From positions 1 through 64,000 of the forward strand of contig JAGVXK010000021.1 of the NCBI GenBank assembly GCA_018303825.1: 64,000 nucleotides of DNA, given 5' to 3'. The stretch is from Candidatus Pacearchaeota archaeon (GTDB lineage: Archaea > Nanobdellota > Nanobdellia > Pacearchaeales > GW2011-AR1). Under the pieces are notes generated by a model that saw only the letters and a program-made list of their open reading frames with translations, did not search any database and had not been told where the DNA came from. Of this stretch, positions 55,673 through 64,000 are shown piece after piece (the first letter of the stretch is position 1; every line of letters starts with the position of its first letter). Both the position numbers and the translations under genes were made by a program.

Positions 55673-56494
55673 ATGAATTTACAAGAGTTAGTAAAAATTT
55701 CCCGAATAGAAATTCTTCCCTTTAAGTCTGTTATCCAAAAGTTAAACATCATTCCGGAAAGAACCAGCATTCAAATAGCAACCCACAATTTATCAAAAAC
55801 CCTTGATTTTTTGTCAATGGTTCACGGAAGATTCAACCTCAACTTTATTCCTCATCTTCCAGCGAGATTATTTAACAATGAATACCAATTATTGCAAACA
55901 TTAGACTCATTAGCGGAAATGCAGGTTAGAGATATATTTGTCATAGGCGGAGATGAAAAATCTCCAAAAGGTCCATATTCAAATTCATTTAATATATTTG
56001 AAAGAATGCACAAACTTGGATACACCTCCTTGTTTAAAGAAATAGGAACAGGAATTTATCCAAGCGGACACCCATTTCTTTCAGATAAAGTAACATTTGA
56101 GGCATTAAAATTAAAACATCAGTTTGTAACATATCTAGAATGCAACCTTGACTTCAATCCAAGGAATATCTCTAATTATATCTCAAAAATAAGAAAAGAA
56201 GGAATTGACAAGCCAGTTATTGTTTCTGCTCTAGGAGCAGTTGACAAGAAAAATCTTTTTCCATTATTAAAAGAATTCAGCCCAAGAAAGACAATTCGTT
56301 ATCTGGCTCTCCACCCCCTCCTTTTACTGAACCTTACAAGAGGAAGATATACTCCAGATAAATTCTTAGAATCCCTGGATGATAACCTTGCTAAGGACAA
56401 TAACGTTGAACAAATCAGAGGACTTATCTTCTCAACCTTCAACAGCTTAGAAAGCCATTACAAGTGGATGCACAAATATTTAAATACAAACTGA
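55673..56494 (+). CDS. Methylenetetrahydrofolate reductase (MetF)-like flavoprotein
   Basis: PHLPAR, IFVIGGD, GIYPSGHP; TIM-barrel pattern but divergent. Confidence 0.65.
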   Translation: MNLQELVKISRIEILPFKSVIQKLNIIPERTSIQIATHNLSKTLDFLSMVHGRFNLNFIPHLPARLFNNEYQLLQTLDSLAEMQVRDIFVIGGDEKSPKGPYSNSFNIFERMHKLGYTSLFKEIGTGIYPSGHPFLSDKVTFEALKLKHQFVTYLECNLDFNPRNISNYISKIRKEGIDKPVIVSALGAVDKKNLFPLLKEFSPRKTIRYLALHPLLLLNLTRGRYTPDKFLESLDDNLAKDNNVEQIRGLIFSTFNSLESHYKWMHKYLNTN

Positions 56495-56507
56495 ACTCAT
56501 AAGAAAG

Positions 56508-56684
56508 ATGATAAAAAATAATTATGAGATTTTAGAAAAAGAATATGTTGTTCCTATCCTAACTCTAGGCACTGGCGATGAAACAGGACATTTTAGAATA
56601 ATTAAGCCAGAGGATGATCTTGAAGGGGAAGCAAGAGAAGCCTTTTTGCATCTTCAAAGAATGTTTCCTCCAAGAGATAAGTAA
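56508..56684 (+). CDS. 58-aa hypothetical protein
   Basis: Hand translation MIKNNYEILEKEYVVPILTLGTGDETGHFRIIKPEDDLEGEAREAFLHLQRMFPPRDK. Confidence 0.45.
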   Translation: MIKNNYEILEKEYVVPILTLGTGDETGHFRIIKPEDDLEGEAREAFLHLQRMFPPRDK

Positions 56685-56865
56685 ACTAATTTCATCTTTA
56701 AAAACATAAAACATGATCCCGCTGGTCAGCCATACATTCTGTCTACTTCGAGTATCAGTCAATTTGATATTTTTTCACTTGTATATTACTTTAGCATCGC
56801 TAGTATTTATATTTTTTGGATATAATTGATACTAGGTCCACACCGACAGCCATCAAAATTGTTTA

Positions 56866-59479
56866 TCAGAAATGTTCCAGTTTGAAAAAATTCTTCTTTT
56901 CGTTTAATTTTTTTAAGATATTAAATATAATAACTATAATAATTGCAGAGACTATTCCAAACAGCCAGCCAGCCACTCCTATTGGAACGGTTCCAAACGC
57001 TTTGTTTAAAGGAGTATAAATGATAGCTATTGTTGCTAGGATAGAGACTATTGAGGCATAAAGTAAGTATTTATTTACTTTTAATGATTCAAATGACACT
57101 TTGTGCCTAAAAGACATAAAGCTATACGCATTAGCTATTTCTAAACAAATCAATGATAGTAAGGCTGTTGTTCTTGCAAACTCAGTAGTTTGATGAAGGA
57201 CATTAAAACTTACAAAGAAAACAACTAAGGTCAGTATCGCCATAGATATTCCTGCAATTCCTAGCCAAATTATAAGTGATTTGTTCAATATTTCTTTTTT
57301 CTTTCTTGGTTTTTCTTCCATAATATCTAAAGAAGAAGGAGTTAGTGCAAGGGTTATCGCAGGGAGGTCATCTGTAACAAGATTCATGAATAATATTTGA
57401 AGTGCGAGAAGTAATGGAATCTGCCAACCAAGGAATGGGGCAAGCAACACTCCAAAAAACAATATCATAAGCTCGGCGTAATTGCATGATAATTGATAAC
57501 TAATAAATTTTCTAATGTTCTTGAATATAGTTCTTCCTTCTCTTATTGCCATGACTATAGTTGCAAAATTATCATCTTTTAATGTTAAATCTGCGACTTC
57601 TCTTGAGACATCTGTTCCGTTTTTACCCATTGCCACTCCAATGTGGGCTTCTTTAAGAGCTGGAGCGTCATTAACCCCATCTCCAGTCATTGTAACAATT
57701 TCCCCATTTAATTTTAATGCTTTAACAATCATTAATTTATGTTCGGGTCTTACTCTTGCAAAAACAACTATCTCATTAACTATCTTTGAAAGTTCAATTT
57801 CAGTCATTTTATCCAAATCTTTTCCTTCTATTACTCTACCACGTAATCCTATCTTTTTAGAGATGGCCAAAGCGGTTTCCTTATTATCTCCAGTAATCAT
57901 CTTTACACTTATTCCAGCACGTATGCATAAAGATATAGACTCCTTGACTTCCTCTCTTGGAGGATCTTCCATTCCAACTAGACCTAAAAAGATTAGGTCC
58001 TCTTCAAAATGGTCTTTGTTAAATGAGCTTACTTTTTTATATGCAATTGCCAGTGTTCTTAATGAGTCAGAAGCAAGGTCATTACTTATATTGAGAATAT
58101 TTTCTCTTCCTTTTCCAGTCAATGTAAACTCTCCTCCTTCTTTTTGTATCTTTTTACACTTTGTTAATAATATCTCTGGAGCTCCCTTAGAAAACACATA
58201 TTTTTCTTTGTTAAGCTCGCATAAAACAGACATCATCTTCCTTTTAGAGTCAAAAGGCATTTCTTCTATTATTTTAAAGTTTAAATCCTCTCTGTGTATA
58301 TTTGCTTTTGCAGCCATTATTAATAAGGATGCTTCTGTAGGAGTTCCGTTTATGTTGTAAAGATTATCTTCTCCAGTCCTTTCTATCCTTGCATCATTGC
58401 AAATAATTGAGCTTTTTATTAAAAGAGATAAAACATTATCTTTTTGAACATTTATCTGCTTATTACCTATTAAGAAATCTCCTTTTCCTTCAAAACCTGT
58501 CCCAGTTATATTTATTAAATGATTGTCTGCGAAAACTTTGCTTACAGTCATCTCTCCCTTAGTTATTGTTCCCGTTTTATCCGAACATATAACTGTTGTT
58601 TCTCCAAGAGTCTCAATTATTGACATTCTATTCACAATTGCATTTTTCTGAGCCATGCTATATACTCCTTTAGCAAGGGCAGTAATCAAGACTACTGGAA
58701 ATCCTTCTGGGAAAGCAGAAACGGCTAGTGCAATCATCAATATTAAAGCATCAATAAAGAGATTTTCAGACGGAGGGCTTATGAAAATCATAAATAATCC
58801 TGTAAGTACGGAAAAGACAATAGCTACGATAGCCATATATTTGGAAATTTTATTAACTTTGTTTTGAAGTGGAAGTTCTTTTTCAGCAGTTGAAATCATA
58901 CTTGCAATGCTTCCAAATTTTGTATTCATTTTTTCCATTTACTACAAATGTCCCCATGAAAAGAGTATTTTTTTCAGAATAGTCTTTTTCACTCTTCGTA
59001 GCTATTTTTTCTACTTCCTTTGATTCCCCCGTAAGTATAGACTCATTAACTAAAAGTTCTTTTTCTTCAATAACTATGCAATCAGCAGGAACTTTTTCAC
59101 CGTTTCTTAATAAAATAATATCTCCGGGAACTATATTCTTGGAAAGAATTTCTTTTTCTTTTCCATCTCTTATCACAATCGAAATAGGCACAAGCATATT
59201 CTTTAGAGACTTAATTGCTTTTTCGGCTTTGTATTCTTGGATAAATCCTGTAAAAATAAGAACAAGAATAACTGCTAATATGACGTAAGCAGTTATTGAT
59301 TTCCCAACAATAAAAGATAATGCTGCCGCAATAATAAGCAGATAAATGATATAATTCTTCTTTATTTGTCTAAACAGTATTTTTATTGGAGATATTACTA
59401 AGTTTTCCCTGATCTCGTTCAACCCATATTGTTCAAGTCTTTTCTCTGCTTCTTTTTCAGTTAATCCTCTTTTTTCCAT
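56866..59479 (-). pseudogene. P-type (Ca2+-like, type II) cation ATPase split by a frameshifting deletion at ~58935
   Basis: N-terminal part (GLTEKEA, PGDII, DCIV, ESILTGES) and C-terminal part (PEGF, DKTGT, GDNKETA, TGDGVNDAPAL) lie in different frames. At the junction GTFVVNGK directly abuts MNTKFG, lacking the ~9 residues expected between them. Confidence 0.85.
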
Positions 59480-59604
59480 TTCAGCTTTAACACAGAGAAG
59501 CTTTATATAATTAATCAAAAGATATCGCAAGAATATGTGATAGGTTGGGTATAAGATTGTTTGACCAACTAAAAATTTAAATAACCTAAGAACTCAGATA
59601 AGTT

Positions 59605-60723
59605 ATGCCTTTCAAAAGAATAATAGAGAGGCTAAAAGATGCTTTAGTTGATGTAGAAAATTTATTTTTGAAAAAAGAAAGTAAAGTGTCCTTAGTCATT
59701 CCAGCGTTTAATGAAGAGAAAACTGTAGCGCGAGTTATTGGTGAAGCAAGAAAAGTCAAGGGACTTTCCGAAATAATCTTAGTTGATGATGGTTCAGTAG
59801 ATAAAACGCCCGAAATAGCCGAGAAATTAGAAGTTAATGTAATCAGGCACCACTCAAATCTCGGAAAGGGAGAAGCATTAAGAACGGGAATATCTGCCGC
59901 TAAAGGAGATATAATCGTCTTTATAGATGCAGATTGGAAGAATGTAACTCCTGAAAAAATTAAATCTCTCTTCTTACCAATATTAAAAAATAAAGCAGAT
60001 TTCACAAAAGCATCTTTCTCATTAAAAAGAGGGAGGGTCACTGAGGTGGCTATAAAACCAATAATGAAAATTTTATATCCCTCATCTAAATTTAAACAAC
60101 CCATTAGTGGGCAGTTTGCTGGGAAAAAGGATTTTTTAGAAAAGCTGAAGATAGAGCCTAGGTGGGGCATTGATATCTCTATCCTATTGGATGCCATAGA
60201 ACATGGGCAAAGAATTTCCGAGGTAGATGTTGGGGAAGTTGTTCATAAGGGCAGGACAATGGAGGAAAAGGCGGAAATGTCTGAGCAAGTATTGGAAACC
60301 ATACTGAAAAAATCAGGACTTTTATGCTCAAAGCATAAATTAATAATTTTCTCAGATAAAACCCTATTTCAGTATGATAGACTTTCCGAGACTTCTTTAA
60401 AGATGATAGATATACTGAGGAGAAAAAGATTAAGATTATTTTTATTTACAACTAAAGATGTAAGGCCTGAATATAGGAGCAAATTTGATAAAATTATAAA
60501 AATAGATTTGAATCCAGAACATATCGCACTTGATGCAAAACAACAAGCAAAAAAGACGAATGTGAGATTAAGTGAGGTTATACTTGTAGCTAACATGCAG
60601 GGATTTGAGGATTTGGCCCGCTCGGTTGACAAATCTTTTTGTTTCGAAAAATCACCACAAAAATTGAAAAATGAGAGTAAGATAATTAAAACCCTACCAG
60701 AGCTTTTCATATATCTTGAATAA
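59605..60723 (+). CDS. Glucosyl-3-phosphoglycerate synthase-like glycosyltransferase fused to a degenerate HAD domain
   Basis: IPAFNEE, VDDGSVD, GKGEA, FIDAD, GRVTE...P, QPISGQFAG, WGIDISILLD; C-terminal IFSDKTL lacks the HAD nucleophile. Confidence 0.75.
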   Translation: MPFKRIIERLKDALVDVENLFLKKESKVSLVIPAFNEEKTVARVIGEARKVKGLSEIILVDDGSVDKTPEIAEKLEVNVIRHHSNLGKGEALRTGISAAKGDIIVFIDADWKNVTPEKIKSLFLPILKNKADFTKASFSLKRGRVTEVAIKPIMKILYPSSKFKQPISGQFAGKKDFLEKLKIEPRWGIDISILLDAIEHGQRISEVDVGEVVHKGRTMEEKAEMSEQVLETILKKSGLLCSKHKLIIFSDKTLFQYDRLSETSLKMIDILRRKRLRLFLFTTKDVRPEYRSKFDKIIKIDLNPEHIALDAKQQAKKTNVRLSEVILVANMQGFEDLARSVDKSFCFEKSPQKLKNESKIIKTLPELFIYLE

Positions 60724-60725
60724 AA

Positions 60726-62393
60726 ATGAATATACTAATTATAACTTGGTTATTTCCTCCGAGTAATGGGGGAGTAGAATCCTATACATATAATTTAGCA
60801 AAGAATCTGTCAAAAGAGCACAAGATTACCATACTGACATGCCTGGGACATTATCCTACAGAGAAAAAAGAGAAGTTTAAGATATATAGGATGAAAGAGA
60901 TGTATCCTTACGGAAGAAAAAAAGAAGATTATGGAAAGATATATAAAAAAGTTTTAGAGATATTGAAAAAAGAAGATATAGACCTTGTGCACAGTCATAA
61001 TTTAGTTTGCTTGGAGACAAGCTTCACAAAGGCAATAGTAAATGCTGTAAAAAGCAAAGATTTACCTTTAGTAGACCATTGCCATGATGCGAGGTTTAAA
61101 TATTTAAACAAAGAATTAAAATATGAAAAATTCGATAGAATAATCGCAGTAAGTAAATTTGTAAAAAAGAGACTAATTAACCTCGGTTTTAATAAAAATA
61201 TTCTCGAGGTAATATATAATTCTTCAGATTCTAAAGTTTTTAATTCAGGAAAATATAGTTCTTTGCAGGCAAAAAAGTTCTTTAGAATACCATTAAATAA
61301 GAAAGTAATCATATTCCCCTCGAGGGCTATCAGGACTACTACAGGAGAATTTGGAGAGCAGAAAAACTTCATTACGCTCTTGAATTCCACAAAATTAATT
61401 AAGAAAGATTTTGGTGATGACTTTGTTGTTATTTTCCCTGTCAAAGTGGGAATGAAAAGAAAGAATGATGCTATCAAAAAAACACTTTATTCGTTAAGAG
61501 AAAAGTTAAAGAAAGACGGGTTGATTGAGAACGTGATTCCTATAACTAAAAAAGTAGGATACGAAAATATGCCTTTGCTTTACAAAACGGCAAACATAAT
61601 GTGCACCCCCTCGACAGAAGAAGCTTTTGGCTTAGTATTTTTAGAGGCCTCACTTATGCAACTGCCAGTTATAGGTGCAAAAAGTGGTGCAACAAAGGAA
61701 ATAGTCATCAACGGAAAAACTGGTTTTTTGGTTCCTCCAAAAAATAAGAAGAGGCTGGCAAAGATAATCGTTAGATTGCTCAAAAGCAAAGAGTTTAGGG
61801 ACAAAATAGGAAAAGCAGGAAGAAAATATGTAAAAGATAAATTCGATTCTAATAAAATGTTAACTGAGGTAGAAAGAACATATAAAAAAGTTTTGGAGAA
61901 CAGAAAAGTTATTTATTTAGTAAGACATCCAGAAACAAAAAATAACAGGGAAAACAGGCTAACTGGCTGGGAACATTCCCAATATACCTCCGAAGGAAAT
62001 AAGCAATTTGCCAAAATAAGTAATTATTTTAAAGATTATCAAGGACAAATTTTTTCTAGTGATTTAAAAAGAACTAGCAAACTCGCAGTTTCAATTGCAA
62101 AGAAAAATGGCATAAAACCGATTATTACACCTTTGCTTCGTGAGAGAAATTTCAAAGAAACTTTGCCGCATCATACTTATGAGACCGAGTCCTCTGTTGC
62201 CAAAAGAACTAAGAAATTTTATGATAAATATCATCCACGCAAGGCAATTATATTCACTCACGGCGCTATCCTGAGGCACATAGCGAGACATTATCTAATT
62301 ACTAATAGAAATGAATTTGAAGAGCCAAGAAATGTTATATTCAAGATAGAAACAAATAAAAACGCTGCTAAACTAAAAAAGATAAGGTTATAA
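60726..62393 (+). CDS. GT4 glycosyltransferase fused to a histidine phosphatase domain
   Basis: FPPSNGGVE, EEAFGLVFLEA...PVIG, NGKTGFLV; C-terminal YLVRHPET..N..RLTGW and THGAILR. Confidence 0.85.
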   Translation: MNILIITWLFPPSNGGVESYTYNLAKNLSKEHKITILTCLGHYPTEKKEKFKIYRMKEMYPYGRKKEDYGKIYKKVLEILKKEDIDLVHSHNLVCLETSFTKAIVNAVKSKDLPLVDHCHDARFKYLNKELKYEKFDRIIAVSKFVKKRLINLGFNKNILEVIYNSSDSKVFNSGKYSSLQAKKFFRIPLNKKVIIFPSRAIRTTTGEFGEQKNFITLLNSTKLIKKDFGDDFVVIFPVKVGMKRKNDAIKKTLYSLREKLKKDGLIENVIPITKKVGYENMPLLYKTANIMCTPSTEEAFGLVFLEASLMQLPVIGAKSGATKEIVINGKTGFLVPPKNKKRLAKIIVRLLKSKEFRDKIGKAGRKYVKDKFDSNKMLTEVERTYKKVLENRKVIYLVRHPETKNNRENRLTGWEHSQYTSEGNKQFAKISNYFKDYQGQIFSSDLKRTSKLAVSIAKKNGIKPIITPLLRERNFKETLPHHTYETESSVAKRTKKFYDKYHPRKAIIFTHGAILRHIARHYLITNRNEFEEPRNVIFKIETNKNAAKLKKIRL

Positions 62394-62398
62394 AAAAG

Positions 62399-63028
62399 AT
62401 GAATCCTATAGCAAGTATTTTAGGAGATACAATATTCAATGATTGGTTAAAGGTTGCATTCATTATCATAATTGGAGTACTCCTCGCATTTGGGCTAAAA
62501 TTTTTATTTAACAAACTTGCAAAAAAGATTATATATCCCTGGATCAGAAGAACTTCACCAGAGAATTATAAGCAGACGGTTTCGGGCACAATGTTACTTT
62601 CTGCAATAATATATTGGTTTGTCTTAATAATTTTTATTTTAATTGCACTCTCTGTTTTGAACATAGATATTTTAGCACAAATCACTTCAAAGATTATCAA
62701 CTTTGTACCTAAGATTGCGATAGCATTTGGCGTTATCTTAATTGGACTTTTAATTACGAGTGTAATCTCTCGAAAAATAAAAGACCAAAATTTTAGGACT
62801 AGTCTACTGTTGGCAAGGATATTCGAGATAATATTTATCTCAGCTACAATTCTTTCTGCACTAGAAGTTATTAATATTAAATTGACCCCGTTTGAAGAAT
62901 TATTCAGAGTCCTTCTTTATACTATTGGATTAACTGTTGCAATCGCTCTAGGCATATCCCTTGGTTTCGCCTTGAAACCAGAGATAGTGAGAATGGTAAA
63001 AGGCATAAGGCGGAACAGCCATAAATAA
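62399..63028 (+). CDS. MscS-type TM-helix membrane protein (mechanosensitive channel-like)
   Basis: Five hydrophobic segments; INFVPKIAIA and AIALGISLGFA patterns. Confidence 0.65.
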   Translation: MNPIASILGDTIFNDWLKVAFIIIIGVLLAFGLKFLFNKLAKKIIYPWIRRTSPENYKQTVSGTMLLSAIIYWFVLIIFILIALSVLNIDILAQITSKIINFVPKIAIAFGVILIGLLITSVISRKIKDQNFRTSLLLARIFEIIFISATILSALEVINIKLTPFEELFRVLLYTIGLTVAIALGISLGFALKPEIVRMVKGIRRNSHK

Positions 63029-63066
63029 ACAGCTCAAAGAGTCTTGAAAATCTTTCCCAGATTTAA

Positions 63067-63252
63067 TTAAACTAATCCCTTTTTGCAATGCTGACAAAAC
63101 TTTCTCCACTTAGAATTAGATTTACCACAATTTGTGCATACTATCTTTGGTATTTTTACCTCGATTTCTTTTTTCATATTTACTTTTTTCATCATTTCTT
63201 TATATTTTCTTCTGAACTTCACAATTTTTAAACCTTTACCAAAAACAATCAC
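63067..63252 (-). CDS. Small zinc-ribbon protein
   Basis: CTNCG...FCQHC. Confidence 0.55.
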   Translation of the reverse strand: MIVFGKGLKIVKFRRKYKEMMKKVNMKKEIEVKIPKIVCTNCGKSNSKWRKFCQHCKKGLV

Positions 63253-63351
63253 TTACTTTTTCCTGAGTTTAATCATTTTTCAAAGCATTATCAAAAATAT
63301 TAAAAGTATTTTCTAAAGAAACACTCTATATTTACGGAGGGGTAAAAAGAC

Positions 63352-63909
63352 CTAAAACGGGTAATAATAGCTATGATGGACCTTCTTCTTAGGAATGATG
63401 ATCTGTAACTTTTCAGGCTTATTTCTTACATACCACCTTAATTTTTTTAATACGGTCTTTCTAGTATAGGTCTTACCAAACTTCCTGTATTTCTTTAATA
63501 AGTTGCGATTTGTCACAACAAAGAACCAATCTTCTCCGAAATGGTCATTACATATCTTAACTTTGTTCAAAAATTTGACTTTATCCTTCAAAACTTTTCC
63601 TATTTCTACTTCAATCCCTATTTTCTTGTTTCTAAATTGAAAAATAACATCTGGAAGAGTGGTTTTGAATATCCAAACCTTAAAATGCTTTGATAAATAT
63701 CTAGCAATATCCATTACAAGAAAGAAATGTTGTAATCCTTCATTACGTTCCGGTTTTAATAGGTAATATCCTCTTCTTCCCGTTATACTTTTCCCATAAA
63801 AATACTTATATTCTCTATCTTGTAAATGTTCGAACTGCCAATCACTTTTGATATATCTAACATCGTAAAATCCTTCTCTCCTATTTTTGAATAATTTATC
63901 TTCTTTCAT
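63352..63909 (-). CDS. Putative PD-(D/E)XK-like nuclease
   Basis: HFFLV, LPDVIF...IGIEVEIG. Confidence 0.5.
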   Translation of the reverse strand: MKEDKLFKNRREGFYDVRYIKSDWQFEHLQDREYKYFYGKSITGRRGYYLLKPERNEGLQHFFLVMDIARYLSKHFKVWIFKTTLPDVIFQFRNKKIGIEVEIGKVLKDKVKFLNKVKICNDHFGEDWFFVVTNRNLLKKYRKFGKTYTRKTVLKKLRWYVRNKPEKLQIIIPKKKVHHSYYYPF

Positions 63910-63919
63910 AAAAAATCCT

Positions 63920-63963
63920 GAAGGTTTCTAGCTAGGCTAAAGCCTTTCCGCTACGAAACCTTC
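63920..63963. repeat. Nested hairpin upstream of the nuclease-like ORF
   Basis: gaaggtttc/gaaaccttc enclosing tagc/gcta and aggct/agcct. Confidence 0.55.
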
Positions 63964-64000
63964 TTTCGATTTGCTTTGTTTATTAATGATAAATGATAGT

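Noticed and set aside
2816-63316. Numerous ORF-track entries antisense to or overlapping well-supported genes (e.g. 3374-3760, 10078-10728, 21444-21989, 57515-58360, 59586-60197)
   Set aside because: These are shadow ORFs of long coding regions or of a GC-rich palindromic spacer, with no motifs.
1-64000. tRNA or rRNA genes
   Set aside because: No T-loop (GTTCRAATC) cloverleaf or rRNA-like GC-rich stretch was found by eye; tRNAscan-SE would be needed to exclude them.

Overview
AT-rich archaeal chromosome segment, most likely a DPANN archaeon of the Pacearchaeota type. This is an inference from the unsplit Rpo2, a fused and shortened Rpo1'-Rpo1'', an EF-2 with an AHIHHGKT P-loop, and many class III signal-peptide/LamG surface proteins. 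From left to right: (1) 1-5.8 kb, the end of a probable integrated element or defence island (Type III-like DNA MTase, Cas4-like nuclease, mini pilin-like ORF, palindrome cluster, AAA_25 helicase, RHH regulator). (2) 6.5-23 kb, the rpoH-rpoB-rpoA-nusA-rps12-rps7-EF-2 superoperon with unexplained inserted ORFs, followed by ppcA, aIF2-gamma and rps6e. (3) 26-33 kb, an accessory region organised by a family of ~0.25-0.45 kb multi-helix elements whose stems covary between copies. One copy carries an NYN RNase gene inside a terminal loop that is only 22-24 nt in the other copies; this is the most striking unexplained signal in the window. (4) gyrA/gyrB, r-protein genes and kae1. (5) 43-53 kb, a surface-protein cluster with a 1855-aa adhesin and a tandemly duplicated three-gene pilin-LamG module. 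(6) YchF, MetF-like, a deletion-split P-type ATPase, and a GpgS-HAD / GT4-histidine-phosphatase / MscS-like operon suggesting glucosylglycerate-type osmolyte synthesis. No tRNA, rRNA, CRISPR array, integrase or transposase was recognised. All calls come from reading motifs by eye; no database searches were run.
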